A stretch of DNA of 59,776 nt from Minisyncoccota bacterium (GCA_937934285.1 CALHAT010000026.1:1-59776); one strand, 5' to 3'; counted from the first letter of the stretch, positions 9,080 to 17,237 are shown. Made by a program: numbers and translations. The notes: a model not told the origin generated them from the letters alone.

Positions 9080-10335
9080 TAAAATCCAAAACGAGCACGA
9101 CAAATTTGATTTCGCCAAAATCTACAAGGGGCATCATTTTTACCTAAAACTTGAATAGTTTTTTCATAGAGAGGATGATTTCGCCAATCTCTTTGAGTTT
9201 GCACACAGAAACCCAAACGGCAATAATAATCATAAACCTTTAAAGAAAATTGCCGACAGTTATTACTGGGATTGACATCTGTTATTGGATTATTATTATT
9301 ATTAACTAAACAAGCAGTAACTGAATAATTATAAGCATTTTGAAATATATATTCCTCTTTAACTTCCTTAGGATAAGAAGAATTAAATTGTGATTCAATG
9401 CTTTTTGTTTCATAAGGTGAAGCTGAAATATCTTCGGGCTTTATAAATATTCGTAGCTTAGAAGAAGGACAATTGCCAAAATTACATTCTCCTTTAGCAG
9501 AAAACTCAACAGGTCGATTTCTTTGAGTTTCTGGACATTGAAGAATTGTTTTACCTTCTATTTGATTAATATTCATATAATCAGTAGCTGCTGTAGTTGA
9601 AGGTGGATATTGATAATTTGGGTTTCTTGAAAGATAATCTGAAATATAAGAAATGTCTGGAGTATTGTTTTTGCAAATAAAAGAACGAATATCAAGTTTT
9701 GTTACGGCAACATCAAAACAATTATTTGGATCTGGTAAACAGGTATTTTCTTGGTAAGTTGAACAGTCTTGTCTTATACAAGTTCGTACTGCTGGTCTAT
9801 GAGTAGGAGGACAACCACCTGTTCCACAATTACCTGTAATTGACCAATTACCACAAGATGGATTACAAGTTGGAGGTGGAGGAGGTGGTGGAGGAGGTGG
9901 TGGCGTGGAAGTTGGCGTGGAAGTTGGTGGAGAAGATCCTCCTGTTACAGTTATACTTCGGGAAGAACATTCATAGGTGAAGGATTCTCCAGCAACCCTA
10001 CACACAACAGTAGCTCGATAAGGTCCATAATTTCCTGGATTTTGATAAGTATAATTACAAGAAAAATTATTAAAAGTGCAGGGTCCGTTCCAGGATACGC
10101 TACAATTTGAAGAATTTGGAGAAACATTAAAGGTAACGGTTAATGGTGCTGATCCACTTGTCGGTGAAGCTGAGAGAGAGCATGACTGTTCACAAGCAGG
10201 TAAGAAAATTCCTTTTTCAAAAGTGAGTGGTTTGCCTAACAAATCAAAAAAAGGTCTGAAAATAAAAGCTTCGGTTATTAAAGGCAGGATTAGTAATAAA
10301 GAGGTTATAATAAAAATAAAATTATTATTTTTCAT
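9079..10335 (-). CDS. Secreted multidomain protein: PKD-like domain, Pro/Thr linker, Cys-rich module, Ig/CARDB-like C-terminus
   Basis: Signal peptide; ASPTSGSAPLTVTF...YTYQNPGNY (PKD-like); PTSTPTSTP and poly-Pro; many Cys; DVNPSNNC. Confidence 0.75.
   Translation of the reverse strand: MKNNNFIFIITSLLLILPLITEAFIFRPFFDLLGKPLTFEKGIFLPACEQSCSLSASPTSGSAPLTVTFNVSPNSSNCSVSWNGPCTFNNFSCNYTYQNPGNYGPYRATVVCRVAGESFTYECSSRSITVTGGSSPPTSTPTSTPPPPPPPPPPPTCNPSCGNWSITGNCGTGGCPPTHRPAVRTCIRQDCSTYQENTCLPDPNNCFDVAVTKLDIRSFICKNNTPDISYISDYLSRNPNYQYPPSTTAATDYMNINQIEGKTILQCPETQRNRPVEFSAKGECNFGNCPSSKLRIFIKPEDISASPYETKSIESQFNSSYPKEVKEEYIFQNAYNYSVTACLVNNNNNPITDVNPSNNCRQFSLKVYDYYCRLGFCVQTQRDWRNHPLYEKTIQVLGKNDAPCRFWRNQICRARFGF
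9872..9930. repeat. Low-complexity coding repeat: poly-Pro codons plus two 12-bp copies of tggcgtggaagt
   Basis: ggaggtgga... run, then tggcgtggaagt at 9901 and 9913, encoding the PTSTPTSTP-poly-Pro linker. Confidence 0.8.
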
Positions 10336-11218
10336 TTTTATTTATTATACTATAAATTTCTGCAATTTTTAAATTAAGGGATTCTCTGTCAAGTCCTTCA
10401 GCAATTTTAAGATAGCTTAAACCACTGATAATTTCTTTAGTTTTATTATAAAATTCTAAGGCTTTTTGCCATTCACCGTTTTTTTCATAAGCCAAAGCTA
10501 AATTAAAAGCAATGCCGGCTTTAATGTTTTCTATCATTTGTAAGGCTAATTTAGGATCATTATTAGGATAAGCTTGTAAGTAATCATTAACAGTTAAGTT
10601 TTGAGATTTTACAAAAGCTTTTTCTAATTCTTGAATAGCTAAATCATATCTACCTTGATTTAAATGAATAACTCCTAAACCATTTAAGCTCCAAATACTT
10701 TCCGGTTTTTTTTGATTCACAACTCTCATTATCTCTTCAGCTTTATCAAGCTTGCCCTGAGAAAATAAAATCCAAGCAAGATTTAAATAACCTGCCCAGC
10801 TATCTGTTAAAGATATTTCTTGACGAAAATCTTTTTCAGCTTTATCCCATTGCCGAAGATAGCCATAAATAATTCCTCTTTCATGATAAGCATAGGGATG
10901 ATTGGTAAGCTCTATTTCTTTAGTAAAGTAATTTAAAGCCTCATTTAAGGAAACAAAGCTTTGATTGAAAAAGAAAAATTTTCCTAATTCTAAATTAATG
11001 CCCGGATAGCGAGGATTTAATTTATAAATTTTTTTAAAATATTTAAAAGCCTCTTCATAATCACCTTCAGCTTTTAATCTCAGAGCGATTTCAAATAGAT
11101 TTTTAATGGATATTTGGTTTGATTTTAGTTTAATTAATTTATCTGTTAAAAAAAATATACTCAGACTTAAAAAAATTACCACCAGTAAATAATACTTTTT
11201 ATTATCCTGATGATTCAT
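10325..11218 (-). CDS. Membrane-anchored tetratricopeptide repeat protein
   Basis: N-terminal TM; several TPRs (AYHERGIIYGYLRQWDKAEKDF, SLNGLGVIHLNQGRYDLAIQEL, IAFNLALAYEKNGEWQKALEFY). Confidence 0.85.
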   Translation of the reverse strand: MNHQDNKKYYLLVVIFLSLSIFFLTDKLIKLKSNQISIKNLFEIALRLKAEGDYEEAFKYFKKIYKLNPRYPGINLELGKFFFFNQSFVSLNEALNYFTKEIELTNHPYAYHERGIIYGYLRQWDKAEKDFRQEISLTDSWAGYLNLAWILFSQGKLDKAEEIMRVVNQKKPESIWSLNGLGVIHLNQGRYDLAIQELEKAFVKSQNLTVNDYLQAYPNNDPKLALQMIENIKAGIAFNLALAYEKNGEWQKALEFYNKTKEIISGLSYLKIAEGLDRESLNLKIAEIYSIINKNEK

Positions 11219-12346
11219 CTATTTTGATAATTCGTTTAAGACTTTTTCTAAATATCTTCGGTGGCTGGGTATAAGTAAATTTTTAGAGGCAAGTGCTTTA
11301 TTGTAATAATTTAGAGCTTCTTTTTTATCACCTTTAATTCTATAAATATCACCAATAACAATCCAGGCCGGAACTAACTCATTACTGCCGGGCCATTGAT
11401 ATTGCCAACCAGAAAAATTTTCTTTTAAATTACTATTATTTTCTATAATTTTGGGTATTAGGCTTTCAGCTTTAGCAAGTTGTCCTGCTTGAAGATATCG
11501 TTCGGCTGCTTCGCCATAAACTAAAACACGAAACCATCGAGGAAAATATTGGAAATTGTTCTCTTCAGATAATAAATTATCAAAAATTTCAACAATTTCA
11601 TTTAAATTATTGGGGACAGTGAATAAAGAAACATCTAATTTTTTTTCTTGAAGTAATAAATAATAAATATTTATTTTCTTCTGGTCCATAGCTGGAATTC
11701 GCTGAGGATAACTATAATTCTGACTAAAAAGTTTTAATCTTTCTTTATAATCCCGGGGTCTTATAATTAAAAAGTACCGTTGTGTCGCTTGCCATAATTG
11801 GTCAAATTCCCCATAATCTAATTCATAATTATTACCCAAAATAAAATCGTGGGCAATAACTTTTTTTCTTTTGTCATCTAAGCCAATAATCAATCGGTAT
11901 TCTAACCAATTTCCAGGATAATCTAAGCTTGTTTTTTGCAAAACAATAACCGGCGTTCTTTCTTGAGGATTAATAAACTTATATAAATCTTGGATACTAT
12001 TTGCTTGTAAAACTTGAGCATCAAATCCTGTTTGAAAAAGAGCAAAATGAGCCAGACTGTACATTGAAATTGCTCTAAGACCAATATTTTGAGGATAAGT
12101 TTTTAAAGAATTCTTTTCCTGATTCCAATAATCATAAACCATATCTAAAACAGCTTTAGCTGAGGTTCTAATTGGTCTACCATTATACAGATCAGCAGCA
12201 TTAAAACCAACATTATAAAAAGTATAATCCGGAACATTAGGAATAATATAAGAAGTTGTTCCTTTAAAATAAAACTTATAGGAAAGAAAACCAACTAATA
12301 GGATCCCAGCTAAGGTTGTTACAATTATTATAATTAACCTATTCAT
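11219..12346 (-). CDS. Membrane-anchored peptidase C39-like domain (catalytic residues apparently lost) plus C-terminal TPR
   Basis: IPNVP..., SAKAVLDMVYDYW, PVIVLQ, EYRLIIGLD...VIAHD...G...FDQLW follow the C39-like pattern; TPR AWIVIGDIYRIKGDKKEALNYYNKAL; no Cys in the protein. Confidence 0.65.
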   Translation of the reverse strand: MNRLIIIIVTTLAGILLVGFLSYKFYFKGTTSYIIPNVPDYTFYNVGFNAADLYNGRPIRTSAKAVLDMVYDYWNQEKNSLKTYPQNIGLRAISMYSLAHFALFQTGFDAQVLQANSIQDLYKFINPQERTPVIVLQKTSLDYPGNWLEYRLIIGLDDKRKKVIAHDFILGNNYELDYGEFDQLWQATQRYFLIIRPRDYKERLKLFSQNYSYPQRIPAMDQKKINIYYLLLQEKKLDVSLFTVPNNLNEIVEIFDNLLSEENNFQYFPRWFRVLVYGEAAERYLQAGQLAKAESLIPKIIENNSNLKENFSGWQYQWPGSNELVPAWIVIGDIYRIKGDKKEALNYYNKALASKNLLIPSHRRYLEKVLNELSK

Positions 12347-12367
12347 ATTAATTGTTGTATTTATTAA

Positions 12368-12847
12368 TTAAAGATTGGTACAACATGGGTAGGGGGGGTC
12401 CTCTGGACCACCTGAATCATCACACCCTCCGCAACATGATGGACTACTTCCTCCGCATGAATCAAAACAACCTTCACAACCTTCGGAACCTTCGGAACCT
12501 TCACAACCTTCGGAACCTTCGGAACCTTCGGAACCGCTCCCACCTTCGGAAGATGGGCCACTACATTCAACAAGAGCAGCATAAAGATCACCTTGATTAC
12601 CTCCTAAAGCTAACAAATTTTTATTTATTTTTTTAAAACCACATCCACCTCCACTACTTCCGCCTTCGACATGATCTGCCGAGGCTATATTCCAAGATTG
12701 ATATCTTTCTATAGAATAGTGGTTTTTTTTCTTTAGATAATTTAAAAAATTGTTAAATGGAGCTAACAGAAAAAACAAAATTAGAACAAATAGAATTTTT
12801 AAAAAATTTCCTATTTTTAAAGATGTATTAATAGCTTTTTTCACCAT
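12368..12847 (-). CDS. Putative RiPP (azole-type) precursor: hydrophobic N-terminal anchor plus Gly/Ser/Cys/Glu-rich core with (S/C)EG repeats
   Basis: Directly downstream of YcaO and SagB; residues 95-159 contain 10 Cys, 14 Ser and no Lys/Arg; own promoter upstream. Confidence 0.75.
   Translation of the reverse strand: MVKKAINTSLKIGNFLKILFVLILFFLLAPFNNFLNYLKKKNHYSIERYQSWNIASADHVEGGSSGGGCGFKKINKNLLALGGNQGDLYAALVECSGPSSEGGSGSEGSEGSEGCEGSEGSEGCEGCFDSCGGSSPSCCGGCDDSGGPEDPPYPCCTNL
12471..12533. repeat. Seven tandem 9-bp units (ccttcggaa x5, ccttcacaa x2) encoding SEG/CEG
   Basis: Units start at 12471, 12480, 12489, 12498, 12507, 12516, 12525; a further ccttcggaa at 12543. Confidence 0.95.
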
Positions 12848-12859
12848 CTTAATAAACTA

Positions 12860-12887
12860 ATTTTAACAAATTTTTTTATTTTGTCAA
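12860..12887 (-). promoter_or_regulatory. Sigma70-type promoter for the putative precursor gene
   Basis: Minus strand TTGACA-16 nt-TAAAAT with TG extension, 12 nt before ATG 12847. Confidence 0.7.
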
Positions 12888-12906
12888 CAAAAGTTTTCCA
12901 CAGGCT

Positions 12907-13626
12907 TTATTTACCTATTAATAAAGTATAAACTAAGGATTCTTCAAAACCGTCAATATCTAATAGTTTTTTTTCTATCTCGTCATCATTGGTGCCAGCT
13001 AAAGCGCAGCATTTCAGTCCCAAAGCTGTAGTTAATAAATAAATATTTTGTCCGATATGGCCCGCTTCTTGCAAAATAAATCTATAACCCCTTTGACCAT
13101 ATTTGTTTAAAGTTCGCCAAAAAACACCAGTTAAAAAAATAATCAGTGATGAATCCTGGGCAAATTCATAAAAAAAATATTTTTTAAATTCTTCCTTATC
13201 AATTCCGGGATTAAATAAAAATTCAAGCTGATGATTTTTAACATCATAATGAAAGATACCCTTTTCTAACCCAGAACCTGGTTGGAGAATTAAACAATAA
13301 GTTTCAATGGGATATCTACCGCCACCTGAGGGTATAGCTCTTTTACCATTTTCTTGCAAACCACAAGAATACTTTAAAAGTAAAGACAATTCTTCTAAGC
13401 TGATTGGTTTTTGCGTAAATTCTCTTTGAGTCTCTCTTTTTTTTATAGCTTCAAACAAATTAAATTCTTTAAAATTGTCAATCAATTTGATTTTCTTAGC
13501 TCGTGGATATGATTTATAATAAATAGTTTTCCATTCCTCGGGCCATAAAGTTGAATCCTTGGGAATCTTTTTATAAAATTTTTTTGTATATTGATGAAAT
13601 ATATGAGCTAAAGGTATTTCTTTCAT
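12907..13626 (-). CDS. SagB/ThcOx-family FMN-dependent dehydrogenase (azoline oxidase, nitroreductase fold)
   Basis: KRETQREF, RAIPSGGGRYPIETY, GIFHYD, KYGQRGYRFILQEAGHIGQNIYL (KY pair of azoline oxidases). Confidence 0.92.
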   Translation of the reverse strand: MKEIPLAHIFHQYTKKFYKKIPKDSTLWPEEWKTIYYKSYPRAKKIKLIDNFKEFNLFEAIKKRETQREFTQKPISLEELSLLLKYSCGLQENGKRAIPSGGGRYPIETYCLILQPGSGLEKGIFHYDVKNHQLEFLFNPGIDKEEFKKYFFYEFAQDSSLIIFLTGVFWRTLNKYGQRGYRFILQEAGHIGQNIYLLTTALGLKCCALAGTNDDEIEKKLLDIDGFEESLVYTLLIGK

Positions 13627-15089
13627 GGAAAAAGATGAGGCAAGGAATTAATTTCTTGACGAATTAATCTTGGGCTTTTTTTTATTATGTCGCTCTCCCA
13701 GAGATAAAGAGGTAACAAGTTGGGAATTATTGCTTTAGCTGAATAATAACCTATTTTTTTTAAAACAGGATTATTTGACAAAAAGTAATAAACTTCATAA
13801 CCAGGTCCCAGACTTTCTATTTTTTTAACGACAAAGTTTAGCTCCTCTTTTAAAGAATTAAAAATTTTAAAACCGTCTTTATAAAGCTCATAAAAGCTTA
13901 ATTGGGGAGAATTGATAAAAAAATCCAGTTTACCTTTCATTTCTGAATTAGCCCATAAACGTAAACGATAATCTTGATTAACCCGAGAATCATAATAAGG
14001 AATAAGATTTGCTTCTTTAAAGGATGGAAAAGGTTGACGATAACTTATCCAATAAACCACGCTCCAAGCTTCAACAAAAGCCCTTTTTATAGCTTTTAAG
14101 GGATGGAGATTGCAACCTGCTCCCAAGCTATAACAGACTCCATTTTCTGAGGGATCATGAATTATTACTGAAAAAGAAGGTATTGCTAAATCAGTCGTAC
14201 AATCTAAAACATAAACTTCCAATCCATATTTAGTAGTTGTTTCGTAAAGAAATTGGAATTCTTGGTCAGGAACGGTTTGGGGGTCTATTCTTTTCGGAGT
14301 TATTTTATTAAGCCAGTGATAAAGAAAAGAATCTCTTTGAACTAATTCATAAACAGCGTATAAAATAGCTCCCTCCTGACTCCAATAACCGGCACAACCA
14401 TTAGTATTAGATTCAATAAGATGCGGCTCATCTTCAGCGCGTTTGTAATTCCAATAAACATATTGAGCAGGAATATAAAAGGTTTCATTAGTGCTCCATC
14501 TTTTCACTCTCTCCCAGTAAAATTTACTGTTTTTATCAAAATAGCGATCAGGAAAAATTCTTTTTTGCTCATCATCAAAACCGCTAATATTTTCTGGATT
14601 TATAACCTTAAATTTTCTTTGTAAATTTTTTAAAGAATCATAAATTAAATCTTTTCGAAAATAAATAGTTAGTGGAAATCTTTCTAAAAACTCATAAATC
14701 GCTTGATTAATGGTTTGTTCTAAATTTAACCCAAAGCCAGAAGCATAACCTCTTCGAGGTATATTACCGTCAGTTAGAACATAATCATAACTGGCTTTAA
14801 GTGAAAATCGATAAAAAAATGGCAAACCGTTTATTTTCTCATTGTGAGCAAAAAAGTTTTTTATAATTTTTTCTTTTAAAAGAGCTAAGAAAATTTTATT
14901 ATTATTTAACACTTCTAAATAATCATTGTCTCTTTCGTAAATTACAAGACCATCAATTCCGGTATTACCTTCTATTATCGTATAAACATTAGAAAATAAT
15001 TTATTTTGATATTTTAAAACTTCTTTAAAATTAACCAACTCAGCAACTGGTTTTGTCCGATAGCGACTTGTCCACAGAATTTTTTCCAT
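13623..15089 (-). CDS. YcaO-family protein (probable cyclodehydratase)
   Basis: GYASGFG, AIYEFLER, SNTNGCAG, ELVQRD, DCTTDLAIP, GAGC, RAFVEA, C-terminal PHLFP. Confidence 0.92.
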   Translation of the reverse strand: MEKILWTSRYRTKPVAELVNFKEVLKYQNKLFSNVYTIIEGNTGIDGLVIYERDNDYLEVLNNNKIFLALLKEKIIKNFFAHNEKINGLPFFYRFSLKASYDYVLTDGNIPRRGYASGFGLNLEQTINQAIYEFLERFPLTIYFRKDLIYDSLKNLQRKFKVINPENISGFDDEQKRIFPDRYFDKNSKFYWERVKRWSTNETFYIPAQYVYWNYKRAEDEPHLIESNTNGCAGYWSQEGAILYAVYELVQRDSFLYHWLNKITPKRIDPQTVPDQEFQFLYETTTKYGLEVYVLDCTTDLAIPSFSVIIHDPSENGVCYSLGAGCNLHPLKAIKRAFVEAWSVVYWISYRQPFPSFKEANLIPYYDSRVNQDYRLRLWANSEMKGKLDFFINSPQLSFYELYKDGFKIFNSLKEELNFVVKKIESLGPGYEVYYFLSNNPVLKKIGYYSAKAIIPNLLPLYLWESDIIKKSPRLIRQEINSLPHLFP

Positions 15090-15097
15090 TTTTTAAT

Positions 15098-16027
15098 TTA
15101 CAATTTTAAAATCGCTTTAGCATTATTATAATAAATTTTTTTTAAAACATCCACTGGCAAAGCTAAACCTTCATAATATTCTTTAGAAGCAAAAAGGATA
15201 TCTTGATAATATTCTTTTTGCAAAATGGACAAGTCTAAAATAATTCTTTTAACAAACCATAAAAAATTTTTTTGCGGATCATCATCAATAACAATATCTG
15301 CAGCCCATAAAATTTTATCCTGAAACTTTATTAAAAAATTTCTGAACATATCTTTATTAAATTCAACAATGGTCATATATTTCTTAATTCCATAACCCGA
15401 AGAAATATCTATAAAAACATTAGAATATTTACTTAAAAGATATTCGCAAAGACTCAAACTTACTTTTTCGTCTAAGATACAAGAAGCATAATGAGCTAAA
15501 ATAAAATTTACTGTTGAGAATTTTTTAGCGATTTCCTCAAATTGATTTAAAAATTTATTATTTTTATGAAAATCAATATGCAAAAGAACGGGTACTTGAT
15601 ATTTATTAGCGACTTCATAAACTTTATACATATTTTCACTATTAATATCAGCAATAAAATTTTTAGTTTTTTCCGAATAAAACCAATCAATAAACTTAAT
15701 TCCTTGAGCACCATTTTTTATAGTTTCTTCTATGAATTCAGCTGCTGTCGTATCACCAGAATAACAGGTAGTAAAAATTATTATTCTTTCCCCAAATTTC
15801 TTCTTAAAATCAAAAAGACGGTAAAGGTGGTTTTTAAAAATAGGGTTATAAGGAGGCCAGTCAGTTGGTAAAAAAACAGCTTTTTCAATATTAAGAATCC
15901 TCATTGCCCAAATAAAAGATTCAATATTTCCTCCTGATCGATAATGCTCGTGAATAGAGATTTTTTTAAAATTTAAAAAATCAGTATCTAAAAATACTTT
16001 TCCCAAAACATTTAAAAAATCTTTCAT
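15098..16027 (-). CDS. Amidohydrolase family 2 protein (TIM-barrel metallohydrolase)
   Basis: SIHEH (HxH), GAQGIKF, VPVLLH, FILAH, NVFIDIS, ILWAAD, KKIYYNNAKAIL. Confidence 0.85.
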   Translation of the reverse strand: MKDFLNVLGKVFLDTDFLNFKKISIHEHYRSGGNIESFIWAMRILNIEKAVFLPTDWPPYNPIFKNHLYRLFDFKKKFGERIIIFTTCYSGDTTAAEFIEETIKNGAQGIKFIDWFYSEKTKNFIADINSENMYKVYEVANKYQVPVLLHIDFHKNNKFLNQFEEIAKKFSTVNFILAHYASCILDEKVSLSLCEYLLSKYSNVFIDISSGYGIKKYMTIVEFNKDMFRNFLIKFQDKILWAADIVIDDDPQKNFLWFVKRIILDLSILQKEYYQDILFASKEYYEGLALPVDVLKKIYYNNAKAILKL

Positions 16028-16029
16028 TT

Positions 16030-17235
16030 TTAGAAACTCTGAACATATTTAGTCAAAGTTAGTAAAGGAATAAGCAAAGAAGCTTCTAAAAGACCCAAAG
16101 CGGCTCCTAATAAAAGTATTAAAATTGGCTGTAAGGCTTCACTTAGATTAGTAACTTGATTTTCAACTATTTCATTGTAAAAATTATAAAGAGTTAAGGT
16201 AACCTCAGCAAGCTCGCCTGTCTTTTCAGCGGTTTTAATACCTTCAATCATAAAACTTTGAAAAAGGTCAGGGAAATTTGATAAAGATTCACTGAGAGGT
16301 GAACCTTTTTTGACATCTTCAACGATATATTCAAGAGCGGAAACATATAAGGGATTATCAAAGCTATCTTTGATAATTTCCAAAGCTTCAACGATTGGAA
16401 CCCCACCCTTGCTTAAGTGATATAGTGATTCTAAAAATTGAGCCGAATAATTGTTTTTAATTAAAGATCCCAAAATGGGTACATCGGAGACTAATTTAAA
16501 TAAGGTTGCCTTGCCCTCTGAAGTTTTAAATAGATAATCATAAAAATAAAATCCCAAAAGAATTAATGCGCCCAATATAAATAGTCCGAATTGTAATAGC
16601 AAATCAGCTATTGATTTAAAAATTTTAGTAATTAAAGGCATAGGTACATTATTTTCGGCAAAAATCGCTACTATTTGAGGAACAACATAATAAAATAGAG
16701 CGAAAAGAACGCCAAGAAAAATAAAAACAACAATAATAGGATAGATTGAAGCTTGAATAAGTCTATTCTTAAATTTAAATTGAGCATATAGATGTTGCGC
16801 GAGATATTCTAAAGTTTCATCTAAAACACCAACTGATTCTCCAATTTTAATCATTCCTACATAATAAGAATCAAAAATATCAGGAAATCTTGCTAATGAT
16901 TGAGAAAAGGTGATTCCGGAAATCAAATCATTATAAATCTCAACTAAAATCGAACGAAGAGCAGAATTTGGCATAGCTTCAGAAAGAGCTCTGATTGATT
17001 CATCTAAAGGTGTTCTTGATTTGATAAGATAAGAAAGTTGTTTGGTAAAGAAATAAATATCTCTTATGTTGGGTTTAAAAAGATAAGAAACTAAACTTAA
17101 TCGTTTTTCTGATAAATAAGTAACTAAAAGTTCCTGATTTTGTAAAATCTGTAAAGCTGCCTCTTTGTTATCAGCTGAAATAATTCCTTCTTTAAGTTTT
17201 CCTTCCCGAGTATAAGCTTTAAATTCAAACTGCAT
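16030..17235 (-). CDS. pilC: Type IV pilus platform protein PilC (T2SS F family)
   Basis: FEFKAYTREG, FTKQLS, GESVGVLD, IYPIIV, AEKTGEL, LQPILI. Confidence 0.93.
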   Translation of the reverse strand: MQFEFKAYTREGKLKEGIISADNKEAALQILQNQELLVTYLSEKRLSLVSYLFKPNIRDIYFFTKQLSYLIKSRTPLDESIRALSEAMPNSALRSILVEIYNDLISGITFSQSLARFPDIFDSYYVGMIKIGESVGVLDETLEYLAQHLYAQFKFKNRLIQASIYPIIVVFIFLGVLFALFYYVVPQIVAIFAENNVPMPLITKIFKSIADLLLQFGLFILGALILLGFYFYDYLFKTSEGKATLFKLVSDVPILGSLIKNNYSAQFLESLYHLSKGGVPIVEALEIIKDSFDNPLYVSALEYIVEDVKKGSPLSESLSNFPDLFQSFMIEGIKTAEKTGELAEVTLTLYNFYNEIVENQVTNLSEALQPILILLLGAALGLLEASLLIPLLTLTKYVQSF

Positions 17236-17237
17236 TT

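Noticed and set aside
12471..12533. CRISPR array
   Set aside because: Contiguous 9-bp units with no spacers and no cas genes; it is a coding repeat.
12352..12636. Alternative-frame ORFs over the repeat (plus-strand NLRNLH 94 aa; minus-strand VPKVPK 75 aa)
   Set aside because: By-products of a stop-free 9-bp repeat. The 159-aa frame has the promoter, operon orientation and composition matching YcaO/SagB.
12790..12847. Class III (prepilin) signal on the precursor (KIG|NFLKIL)
   Set aside because: Polar +1, Lys at +4 and no Glu+5; too weak to claim PilD processing.
12894..12902. Replication origin
   Set aside because: Only one DnaA-box match, with no cluster and no dnaA; none noticed near rpmH either.
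9079..16027. Cassette as an active mobile element or prophage
   Set aside because: No integrase, transposase or phage genes and no flanking direct repeats seen; both ends are tightly joined to pil genes.
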